Shown: one piece after another, positions 52,401 through 64,000 of the stretch
Layout: each line of letters opens with the position of its first letter
Position numbering within the stretch: position 1 is the stretch's first letter
Assembly: GCF_964355755.1 (NCBI RefSeq)
Contig: NC_092680.1
Coordinates: 18,609,045 to 18,673,044 of the forward strand
Reading direction: 5' to 3'
Length of the DNA stretch: 64,000 bases
Origin: Antedon mediterranea
Taxonomy: Eukaryota > Animalia > Echinodermata
Translations under genes and position numbers: made by a program
Notes under the pieces: model-generated
The model's database searches: none
Seen by the model: only the letters and a program-made list of their open reading frames with translations
What the model was told of the DNA's origin: nothing

Positions 52401-55400
52401 ATTACTGTTCATCTTTTTAAGTACATCTCGGTTAGTGTCAATTTCACTTTGCAGTTTCTGAAACAAAAATGTTAGTAGATAAATGATTACTGTTATAAAT
52501 TTAAGGACTGCAATTGACAAGATATCTTATTAACAAACTGAACTATTAAAAAGAACACAAAGTTCTTTGACTTACTTCTTGCTTAGCTCTTTGCTTCTCT
52601 GTGCTTGCATTGTGGTTAAAATCTTTCACTTGTTTCTCAACAATATCTAGCCAATCAGAAATCTCGGTTTGGTTCTTTTCAAACTCGGTGGCCAATGGTA
52701 AAGCTTGTTGTAAGAGGCCAAGACGGTCCTCAGATTTTTGCACCAATTCTCCATAGCGACTTTTGATGGCATCTAGTTTCTGTTGAACATCGATTACTTC
52801 TTTACCTAATGAATAATTATGCAAAGTTCATTAATATTCATTATGGATCCCACTTCTTATGTTCAAAACAAAATGCTAAATTTTTAACCGAAGTTCATAA
52901 TATTCAAGTTTACCTGAACATTGTTTGAGAAGCTCCTGACCATCAGCGATGACCTTCTGAACATCAGCGTTGTGGTCAGTGATGTCATAATGCAGATCCT
53001 GTAAAACAATAAGGGTATTGTCATTGAATATCCAAAAAATAATACCTTTGAACCACTTATTTTATAGCAAATTATATGCATGCATTCATTAACTCATTAC
53101 AAATATAAAAAAAAACAAGTAACATTTTATACATAAAAGTAACTTTAAAAAATGGAAAAAAAAAATTACTATATCAAATAAAATGAAATTTATCTTCTAT
53201 CACAGATTTCATAATTAAGAGATTTTGTAATAATCTAAATGATTGCATGTCAAACAATGGTCGACTCTTGACTATGAATTTTTACTCCACCACCATATGC
53301 ATGCAGGTTTAAGAATGTCTTCCTATAAACATTGTATAACCTATGTTTGTTTATTCTTTCACGAGCCAGCGTGGGTAGATCCTTGCATTCATATGTATTC
53401 ACAAGCTTGAGTAGCACTTCATAAACTATTTTACATTCAACTTTAATAAATGTTTAAATAACTAATAGGTAAAAGCTAGGCTACACATCTAAATTTGTCT
53501 TCGTCATCCTTAAAAATTTCATGCAACCTGTCTATTTTCAAAGCTGAAACCAGAAGCACCATTTCATCTAGTTAAAAGGCTGCATCTCCCTTTAAGCAGT
53601 AGAATAGGTATTGTTTTTACCATCTGTTGTACCATCTGCTTTCTAGTGAGTGTTGGATGAATAGAGGGTGGGGGCTTATTTTTCATCCGGTTTTCCATCA
53701 ATGTTAACCAGCGGGATAGAACTTCCTCTTCCTTAAGGAACCCACTGGAAGCTTCCAATGCTATTTCAATGTGCTTTTTACGATTGTTATTCCTGTGTTT
53801 GATATCTCTTAGTCTCTGCTTCACAGCAAGTAGGAAATGCATTAAGGCACCCTTATCGCTGTTAGCACACATCGTGTGCAACTCAGCACCAATCCTAATG
53901 GCTCCTGTTACTTTTGGAGTATAGATTTCAATTTCTCGGCTAATTGACTGAACATAATAAGAAATAGTGTAATAATAATAATAATAATAAGCTATCTATA
54001 TCTTTAAAGTCAGAGGATTTGTAATAATAATAATAAGCTATCTATATCTTTAAATGTAAGAATGGAAGAGTAATATTTAACAACATAATCTAACATAATT
54101 GAAAAAAACAATTAGAAACGTACAAAATAAATAACACTACAGTACTGAATATGAATGGCTAAAAACAAACAATCTAAGTTGGAAAATTCCATTAAATACT
54201 AGGGAAGTTTGGACAAACCTAAATACAAACCACTGACCTGCTGTTCAACAATCTGTTTTTCAATCTTTCCATGTTCAGTTCCAACAGGTTCCTGAAGCCC
54301 AAGGCGTCGTTCCGTCTTCTCAATCCATTCCATGACTGGCGAGATTTGTTCCTGAAAGCCTTTAGCTGTTTTCTCAGTGGCTTCAAGACGTCGACGTCTG
54401 TCACGTACAGCATCTACAAGGGCGCTCCAGCGGCTGTCAAGATCTGAGAGCTGCTGGTTGATACGTGCCTTATCTTGAGGTTCAGATACCTGAGCTAGTT
54501 GTTCTCCCATGGTTTTCAAGGCCTCAACACTTGGTTCAAGGTCTGTTATCATCTTGTCAAGTAACTAAGGGGTAAAAGATGAACAAAATTAAGAAATATA
54601 AATTCAAATTAAAGATAAAAAAAAGATTTAATAGATATACAGTAGAACTCCAATTAAGAGGACACCTTTGGGAACCAAAAAAGTATCTCCTCAAGGGTAT
54701 CATTTGAATAAGAGTTATCTGTATTAAAACATATTCTCTCATTCCTTACATTGAAAAAACTCTGAATAGAGATATCCCAAAGGAGAGGTCCTCCTGAAAT
54801 CATAAACTAAGCTCACCTGTTGTTCTGACAACTGGGCTTTTACCACTTTGTAGTCAGAAGATGGATCTTTCTTGTTGGACACCAGATCTTCCATGTCACC
54901 AATACGATTATTAAGAGATTGTAATGCTTCCTGGAATCGACCACATCGTAGTAGGCCTTCATTCAGTTTGCCAACTCGATCATTTTTCTGTACAAAAATG
55001 GTGAAAAATGAAAAGTTGCAGGAAAGAGATACTAGAGACTATTCATAATAATAAGAAACTTTTGACATTGACTGACAATATTCAGTTATCTATAGCTAAG
55101 AAGAACTGTGTTTTTACCCGTGTATCAAGGGCTGCCCATTTCTCATTTATTCTCTCCATCTCAGATTCAAGCTTTCCTGTATTGACACGAGGAGCAGCGC
55201 TCTGTACCAGGCTCTGGCCAACTCGGTTCATCTCTTTCACCTTAGGTGCTAAAACATCCACATGGTTGCGTACATAAGTCTAAATGAAAAATTTTCAACA
55301 ATTATTCCACATCATAAATTATATATTTAGTATTTTTTAGTGAAGTATCCTTCATAAGATGAAGTACCATGTTTTAAAAGCATCCTACATTAATAGGTGC

Positions 55401-55908
55401 GGTAGATATTAAGTAAACTTGGTTCCACCATGCAAATCATTCATTTGCATATCCTAAAGCTCTGTCTACACTATCAAACTAGTTTGACAAAATGTGCCCA
55501 ATTATGGAAGTGATATGCCCAAATATTATTACAACTATTAATGCAAGAGTCTATAAAATATAATTGCAAACATACCTTAAATTCTTTTTGCTGCGCTTTG
55601 ATTGTTTCTACATCAGCACCTACTGGTTTCTGTATCTTAAACTGATCGGCTGCGTTGTCAATCCCAGCATCAAGGTGTGCAACTACATCGTGGAATTCCC
55701 GAACTTTGCCAAGAGCTTTGTTTACATCTTCGTTTCTACTGTCACAACGTTGTTTTAATCTTGAATAGCGTTTGCCAAGATTATCAAGCTGGAATAAGAA
55801 AAATATCAATTATTAATAATAAAATTAAAATATTTAATATGGATTTTTACCATTCGATGTTTAGATATACTGGTAGCGCATTCAGAAGACAATTACCTTG
55901 TGTGTGGT

Positions 55909-55939
<31 letters not shown>

Positions 55940-58900
55940 ATTATGATGATGATGATGATGATATTATGACGATGATGATAATATGATGATATCATGATAA
56001 ACAATTAGTTATAAAATGCTAAGAGAATGCTAAAATCAGTATTCATTCAGTACAAATGACAAAAGTACTGAAAACAACAATGGTATGAGACAAACATAAT
56101 GAAAATAAATTTCTAATGAAATCTAAAAATCTTCTTTTCCTACACAAAACAAAAATTGGTGAAAAACGTACAAACATCTGATAAATATAAACAATCAAAA
56201 CAAGACAGTGTGCAAAGAACTTGTTTAATATTCAAGCAAATATTTTAAGAACACATTTGAACATATTGTCTGCTTCTGACTAAACTTGTGCATGTTTTGC
56301 ATGTACAGTAATGTATATCTTGCAGGTGAATAAATACATGCAAATGAGTGATTCTAAAAAATGCACTAATTAAATATATCTGTAAAAAATATCTGTAAAT
56401 TAGGTTTAGGTGCAAAATCCTAATACTAGTGTGCTTCATCACAATGTGGTTAGGTTGGGTCGTTCATTCCAATGCAAGGGGTCGAGTATCGGTAAACAAC
56501 ATCCAAAAGCTCTAAATTATAAATCTCAGTGCTGCAAAGCCTTACCTTCATTGCAAGCCATACAGAGGTTGGGACGTTAGTAAAAGTCTGGGAGTAGTTT
56601 TTTTGAAAATGTTGGTGGTAAAAAAGAACAATAGATTGTTTAGTGTAGAGACATAAAATTTATAAACTGTTTTTAAAAGAAAATGGATAAAATTTGCTTC
56701 AGTTTGTGTTGCATAATTTTAACAAAAGTGATTAGTATTTCAATCTAAACTGGTGCAATTCTAAAGTTATAATTTTTTAAATAACTGGTTCATAATACAC
56801 CGTGAAAAACTGTGTTCAGGTTAATTCGTAATTCATTCATATTTCATAAACCTGAAAATGTAATTACCTGTTCCCTTAGGCCCTCTGGATCTGATAGGAA
56901 GCCCCTGTCAATGATGTCTCTGAAGCGCCTGTTAACCTTGTGTAAGTCTTCTTTGATGTTCTCCATGCTAGCCTTTGCCTGCTTAGCTTCATCCGACTGC
57001 CTTGTTAGGACATCAAGGTCACGACCTATCTTGTCTTGCTTTTCTTGGATGTCTTCTTGTTCATCAAGTTGTTCTTTGATGTCATTAAGAATAAGCTACA
57101 GAGAAAAGATGTGTAATTGTAAATTATTTCAGCCTGCATTTAACCAAGAAAGATAAGAAAGTGTTACGTAATGGCCTATGACAGTGTCTTAAAATAGGCT
57201 TGCATTGAGTCAATGACAGTTTGTGTAAATTGATTGTGTAAATATAAATTAAGTAGACTATTCCTTACTTGAAAGGAGCTTAGTTCTTCCGCACCGGCTT
57301 CCAATCGATTGTGTCGGTCTGCAATCAGGCCTTTGAGATTGGTGTACCGCTTTTTGACTCCATCCACTTCATCACGTATGTGAGCTGATTCTGACGGTGT
57401 TGGTGCTGCTGACATGAGGTTTGAACTCATGTCTTGAACGGCACACACAGCCCCATCAATCTCATCTACCTCATCTTGAAGTGCCTGAAAATTAAGCATA
57501 ACATTTTGTAATTACAGATAAGCAAGTTTTGAACTGTAGTTTACAGGGACACAATTTAACTCATCAATAGATCTAAATTTTATATATTTTAATTTATTTG
57601 ATTGCTTGTTTCCTGAATGTAAGAACTTACTTTTAACTTTTCAAGGTTCTTTGGATCTCTTCCCAACATTCCCAATGCATCATGGGATGCTAGTCTTTCT
57701 TCGAATCGACTGATGTTAGCTTGTGAATCTTTGAGCTTTTCTTGGAATTCTCCGAGTTGGTTGGATAAATCTTCATGGGCCAAAAGCTGAGCTTTTAATT
57801 CTGAAGAAATAATTAATAAATAAAATGTACACACATTTTAGACAACATTTGACAAAAACTATGTTATAATTTAGAAATACATGGAGAAAGGTAATTTTTA
57901 ATTACAAGACCACTTTTTGCTTTTCACTCTTGACATTACAAAAATCGTAAACATTGATCAGTCGGAATTGAACCAAGAACTGTAAGGATGGTTAAAACAT
58001 ATTAAACCAAAAAACATTGGTACCACTTTAACCTAATAACTTACCTCCATTCAGATTGTCCCACCTTCGGTTGACCTCTGTGACCTCATCACTGATAAAT
58101 GGATGGTCGACATCTGTGCAGCCAATCAACTTCTCCGCTGAGGTATTTGTAGCAAGATGATGATCACGATGGTTGTTTACATCATCATGTATTTGCTACA
58201 GTGAATAAGAAACAATATTTGTGAGAATTATGAATTGAGTAAATGAATTAATCAATTACGATACCCAAACATTACATCCTCTATAATGTTGAACTTTATA
58301 AGAAAATTAGTGCGGAAAAACCAGCTTACCTTAAGTATATCAAGTTGACGTTTGATTACAGTTGGTTTTGTCGACACCGGTCCAACAGATGTTAAACGAT
58401 CTTCTGCTGTGCGTAACCATGGTAGAAACTGGTTGAGTTCATCCGTGTATGATTTGCATTTCTCGTCAGCTTTTTCTAATCGTTCTTGACGATTACTGAC
58501 CATTCGGTTCACATTGTCCCACTGGTCTTTAAGTTCATCGTGTTTAACTTTGAGATCATCATACTCGGGACCAAACTTAGCATCGTCCATAAGTCCTTGA
58601 ACCTTTTCGACCATGCGATCATATGTGTACACTTGTTTGACCAACTCCTTTGGTGTTTCCTATTGGTGAAGAAATGTGTAAACAAAGAAATATAATTATT
58701 GTGTTATGAATAGTTCAAACTGAAATAGCTTGTAACAGGACTCGGTAATAAAAAAATACACATTGCAAACCTCAAATTCAATAAGTTGTCTTCTTAGTAC
58801 TTCTGGTTTAGCTGAGATGGGTTTAGTACTTGCTAGATCTTTGTCTTTTGAAGCTAACCATCGTAGCATGTTGGCGTACGAGTCTTCAAAATCTTGCGAT

Positions 58901-61238
58901 TGTAGCAAAGCAGCTTGAAGCTTACCCTGCCTCTCATCTGTAAGAAATGAATAATTAATAATGGTGTAGGCCCAAAGTACCATTAGCATCACTAGTGTGT
59001 ACATTTTCAAGATGTGATCATTATGATCATGTTGAAGCTGTGAAAAGTATTTCTTTTTTTAGCATATGGATTCAAATACAAGTATTATTCAATCTTTATT
59101 GAAACTCTGAAACATATATGCAGGTTAATTTCTTGATTGTATCATTACTCAAACAAACCTAGTTTTTTGCATATATCTTGGTATGGTGCTTTGGCACTTT
59201 CCAGCTTCAAGTTGATCTCCGCTGTTGCCGTCATCTCTGGGTTTAGTACACCAAGCTTACGTTGACTTTCAGATAATGCTTGAACTTCTGGGCTCTTACG
59301 TTCAACTTCTTTCTGGAGACTCTGAGAAATACAAAAGACAAATGTTATTGTATTGAAGCCATTAAATTAGTAGCATTCATGTACCAAAATAATTAACTTA
59401 TCAATAATACCTTTTAGAGTGAGGAGTTACAGGTGTAAAAAGAATCTGGTATTTTCAAATTATAAAATAATTAAATTTTGCATACATAATGTTAAGCAGG
59501 AGGACTGAAATCTACAGTAAAATCATCAAATTGGCAGATTTAAGAATCCCTTTTGCCAAAGAACAAGTTCTGGATGGAAGGACGAATGCTGTTTGATGCC
59601 ATCTCTATACATGATGAAAGTTGGTGTCAAGGTATTCTCATTGCATTTTCATTAGAGCCTCCTTACCTTTGTTTGTTCCATTTGCTGTTTAACAGCATCT
59701 GGATTGGAAGCAATGGCTGGAAGTGCTGTAACCTTGTTACCAAAACCAGTCAACCAATCTGAGAAATCTTGCAAGTTGTCGTGGAACTTTTCACTTTCCA
59801 GAAGCACATTATCAATCTTATCTTCTCTGTCATCAAGGCGATTCTTTAAATCATCCCATTGCTTGGTGATGTCATTGATCTGCTGTTGTAGTGGTGAGTC
59901 TTGTCTGGATTGAGGATCCTGTTTTTCCAAGAGGTTCTTGCCAGCCTCTTTGATGTATTCCATCTGCGCTTCATGACTCGCAAACTCATCTTGCAGAACC
60001 TGATGAAATTAAAAACCAAAATGTGATTATCTTAATTTGTGACAAGCAGAAGGCAATGGCAATAGATTGGCAGGAATCCTTTCAAGCAGAAGGCAATGGC
60101 AATAGATTGGCAGGAATCCTTTCAAGCAGAAGGCAATGGCAATAGATTGGCAGGAGTCCTTTCAAGCAGAAGGCAATGGCAATAGATTGGCAGGAGTCCT
60201 TTCAAGCAGAAGGCAATGGCAATAGATTGGCAGGAGTCCTTTCAAGCAGAAGGCAATGGCAATAGATTGGCAGGAATCCTTTCAAGCAGAAGGCAATGGC
60301 AATAGATTGGCAGGAGTCCTTTCAAGCAGAAGGCAATGGCAATAGATTGGCAGGAATCCTTTCAAGCAGAAGGCAATGGCAATAGATTGGCAGGAATCCT
60401 TTCAAGCAGAAGGCAATGGCAATAGATTGGCAGGAATTCATTCAAGCAGAAGGCAGTGGCAATAGATTGGCAGGAATTCTTTCAAGCAGAAGGCAATGGC
60501 AATAGATTGGCAGGAATTCTTTACAAAGGACTCTTTGTACCTTTTGCATAACAAATCTCTGTACATAAGTGTAGTTACTAAAGGCCTGGGTACAAAATTT
60601 GCCAAAGGGATGCTTGTACAATGGATTGAAAATCTTGTGTGCGAATTTAGCTTAAATTCAGGAGTACCATAAGATTATTCTCGAGTATGGGATTATACTT
60701 GGTAATATACAGTAACTAAAATGTAGTCTTTACTTAATCATAGACTGTTGTTTTTCCTCCTATCTATTTTATCACATGATTTTCTGTGTATTTTCATGTA
60801 GTAAATGTAATTTGTATTTAAATGTAGTAGTCTTTTAGTTCATTTTTTTTTTCAATCTCATGACTCTCACTACAATACAGTACTGTATAACAATGGAATG
60901 GCCATATGGTTTTTAAAACATATGGTTATGTATTATGAAAACAATATATTTGGTTGCATCATGTGATTTCAATGAATTAACAAATGCACATGTTAACTCC
61001 CAAAGATATTCACTGATCAGTGATCTTAAAAGTGTTACCTCAATTTGTTGTTTCTGGTTGCGTAATATTCCTGGTTCTACTCCGATTGGCCCTAATACAG
61101 ACATCATCTTCTCTTTTTCGCTGAGCCATGTTTTTAGTCGGTTGTGGGCAGACTCAAAATCACTGAGGCTCTTTATAGCCTGTTCAAGTGCCTGGGTTCT
61201 TGCTTTGGCTTTATCTTGTAAACGAATCCATCTCTCTT
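37452..61238 (-). CDS. MACF1: Spectraplakin (MACF1/dystonin/Short stop family), 3' portion of over 40 exons: spectrin repeats, two EF-hands, GAR/GAS2 domain and low-complexity tail; 5' part lies beyond the window
   Basis: Serial spectrin-repeat exons, e.g. 46401-46894 [36 protein letters not shown]-hand exons 43505-43667 and 42469-42625. GAR exons 42090-42164 ([16 protein letters not shown]) and 41791-41908 ([32 protein letters not shown]). Then 41430-41584, 41083-41251 and a probable last exon 37452-37759. The most 5' exon seen is 61039-61238. Invertebrates typically have one MACF1/DST co-ortholog. Confidence 0.95.
38745..38930 (-). mobile_element. tRNA-derived SINE fragment with a conserved central (Deu/Nin-like) domain
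   Basis: Minus strand: A box GTAGCCGAGTGCTTAGG, B box GTTCAATTCCC, then CAGTCCACTCAGTTGTAAATGAGTACCTGG, which resembles the conserved SINE core of that superfamily. The domain name is from recall. Confidence 0.6.
42998..43433 (+). mobile_element. LTR-retroelement relic: PPT (42998-43009), LTR (43010-43411), PBS tRNA-Pro (43416-43433)
   Basis: AGAGAAGGGAGG abuts TGTCAC...ATGACA (402 bp, AATAAA at 43319). It is followed after 4 nt by TGGGGGCTCGTCCGGGAT, the 18-nt complement of the tRNA-Pro 3' end. Confidence 0.8.
55909..55998. repeat. Interrupted (TGA)n microsatellite
   Basis: Directly visible, in a spectraplakin intron. Confidence 0.9.
60043..60522. repeat. 40-bp minisatellite, 12 copies (CAAGCAGAAGGCAATGGCAATAGATTGGCAGGA(A/G)TCCTTT)
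   Basis: Exact 40-bp period over 480 bp. Intronic, about 43 bp from the splice acceptor at about 60000. Confidence 0.97.
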
Positions 61239-63641
61239 CTGCAAAGAAGAAATCATAGAGAAGGTAACCAAATAGAACGTATGGAATAATCTCCCAGTAT
61301 GACATCATCATGTATCAATAAATAGCCAATCAATCAATCAATCAATCATTCAAACATTTACAACTTCAAGATCTTTTTAGTTGAGAAATGAAGCAAAGAA
61401 TATTGACCAAATACTACACTACAGAACATGTTTTTAATAAGAGACTTCCAATTAAAAAATACCTTTGACTTTAGATAACTGCCTCAATGGGGATAGACTT
61501 AGAAATGCTGTACAGATTAGAACATTGGTAGGCTAATTAATTAATTTACAAGCCCATCCACATAGTTTTATCTTCATTTATACACACTTAAAATACTGTA
61601 AGTTAAAGATTAAAAAGAACACATGCGCACTTTTACAAGTTAGTTATTATGAATATATTTAACTAAATGGGAAAATAATTAGTGAAAATTTAAAGAATGC
61701 ACTAACATTTTCAAAGAAAAAATAATTAGGAAACATTTTGGTATACTGACTATGAAATTATGGTCACACATCAGGCTCCTAATTTTAGTTTTATTTTGTA
61801 AATTTATTGGTGACCGTTTATCTTTTATTTTTATACAGTATCTTTCAGTTTTTGGCTATCTAGCTTTTTACAAGCTCTTTTGAGCTTTTTATCCATTTTT
61901 TTTCATATGATGAAAAATTGTAATTTGAATTGAATACTCAGATGCAGCATCTAATTAACAACACCCCTGAACAATAAATGGTTGAACCCACACATGGTTG
62001 ATTCACAGTTGAGTGATGACATCATTAGGGATTGCCTGCAGGTTATGTTTATTTGATTTAACAGTAAATCACAAGTGGCTATTCAACAAGTTATTTTGCA
62101 CAAATTATGTCACTATCTGGAAAATAATTTCTTTGTTTTATGTACATTCATAAACAAATTATTATTGTTATCATTCCATAGGAGGGTTTCCCTCCTGTTG
62201 TAGTTGTCTGGGCCTATTTTATATCCTCCAAGTGTTGTCTGCCCCTGTTTGAATCATCTCATATTATTATATATGGGATGCCATGGAGGTCAAAAATAAG
62301 TCTCCATGGTCATTCCTAATACATTAACATTAGTAAAATCCATGTTCTTCTCATTCAAGATTAATTTTCAGGCTTATTATAAATGAATGAGTCATATACA
62401 ACTTGATGGGCCTTGTATATGTATGAAAATAATAGATATTTAGTTTGTTATTTATTTACATGTATTATTACTAATATTATGTACATATTAATATTATTTA
62501 TATCTATATTATACAATAGTAGTAGCGTCGATCCTTTGTAATTTCCTTATCCCAACCCAATAGAACGATTATCATGCCTTTGGCGCTGACACACCCACTA
62601 ATCCTTAGTGATGTAAATGTATCTACTATGCCCCTACAATCTTCTAAGTCACGGGACAACTAGAGCTAGAAATGTAACAGCAAGAAATTGTCCATCAAAC
62701 GTATTTCTATCCTTTATTTCTCCATGTTTAGACCGAATATCTTTGAAATAGACACATCTTCAGCAATTCTCCACCATATTTGTCACATGTAAACACATTC
62801 AGGTCACAGAAAGGTCAAAGATATAACATATTTTTTATATTAAATCATCAAAATGTATAGGTATTTACTATATATAGAGATTCTACTATATTCATTGTAC
62901 AGTGCATGACGATGGTGATATTATTATTAGTGAAGATAATATACTATATAATATTGTTACTATTAGCAAGCTAAAGACAAAAAGAACACAAATTATATTC
63001 ATTAATACTATTGTTATTATAATAATGGACAAGGCTGTAGCCTTTAAATTAAAGGTCTTCAATCTAAAAATAGAAAATATAGTGCTGTAAATTCAATTAG
63101 CATAGTAAAGTGCCTTATTACATTCTAATGATATTGTAAGTGTCTTTGAAGGGGTTTTTCTTGTCAATCAAATCATGATCAAATCAGCATTTGGAACTCC
63201 TTATTGAGGAGGTAAGTTATCCCCTCAGTACAATTGACAATAAGGCCACATGTGTTTATGTTAAATAATAATAAATAAGAAAAAATAAATAAATTTGAAC
63301 ACTAGTAATCATAATGTGAACAAAATGCAATAAACACACAAATTGAAACTAATACAATTATATATTTCAGGATAATGAGGAAGTCCAATCAATAAATTCA
63401 GTTTCCGCTTATAATATCGGAGTCTAAAAATTAATTAAGATAAAGTATTACTTCCATTGTTGTTCATACAACTAAAAACAAAACAGTTTTGGAATCAAAT
63501 TTAGATATTTATTCTTACACATATAGTAATTGAGAAAAAAGTTATGGGTCACTTTATTTCTGGATGAAATTAGAGATCAGATAAATTAGAGATCAGATAA
63601 ATATATGTAGTATATATAACAGAACCATATTTTCTCCATAA

Positions 63642-63820
63642 AGCATGGTTCCCACTAGCGACGCAACGCAAGGACGTAACGCAACGCAAGTGAATTGACC
63701 AATCACAAGCGATGGCTTATTTGCTTGTGATTGCTAACTGTCTATAACTTCGCTTGTCATTGGTTAAAACACTTGCGTTGCGTTTACGTCCTTGCGTTAC
63801 GTTCTAGTGGGAACCAAGCT
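63642..63820. mobile_element. PIF/Harbinger-type MITE
   Basis: TAA|AGCATGGTTCCCACTAG ... CTAGTGGGAACCAAGCT|TAA: 3-bp TAA duplication and a largely palindromic body. Older copies lie at about 32350-32505 and 26327-26380. Confidence 0.85.
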
Positions 63821-64000
63821 TAAACAATGCTCTACAATAAAGCACTCATTTCCACATCAAAAAATATAAGATATTCCACCATGTGTATTTATTATTAAAT
63901 GAACTGTCATATTAAAATAATATGACAACAGCTAATAAATAAACAATTAAGGACTTTCAGGGACCTGTCGTGTATGGTGAATTTATCTTTAAAAGCAAAT

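Noticed and set aside
45539-61258. Numerous plus-strand ORFs antisense to spectraplakin exons
   Set aside because: Shadow ORFs of the coding exons with no independent splice or domain support.

Overview
AT-rich, intron-containing genomic DNA from an invertebrate animal (plausibly an echinoderm or similar marine deuterostome; this is inference). All coordinates were read by eye. From left to right: (1) the last two coding exons of an Asx/ASXL gene (+); (2) a tandem cluster of single-coding-exon KCTD-type BTB/POZ genes (two intact, one pseudogene); (3) a LINE 3' fragment; (4) about 7 kb of two satellites next to a Helentron-like element; (5) a complete 10-exon 26/29-kDa-proteinase-type cathepsin (-, about 545 aa); (6) a head-to-head 5-exon stathmin-domain STMND1-like gene (+, about 325 aa); (7) the 3' about 24 kb of a spectraplakin (MACF1/dystonin/Shot family, -), which continues beyond the window. 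Introns hold many non-autonomous transposons. The most unusual observations are: a satellite whose 11-6-11 palindromic site occurs with its spacer in both orientations; a lone LTR with the PPT before it and a perfect tRNA-Pro PBS after it (permuted order); an intact tRNA cloverleaf with an ATC anticodon inside a 364-bp repeat unit; 20-27 bp CATGGAG..CTCCATG relics with 7-bp target duplications; a satellite built entirely of palindromes; clustered TAGGCCTA motifs; and several candidate alternative last exons of the spectraplakin. No CRISPR, rRNA or prokaryotic features were seen.
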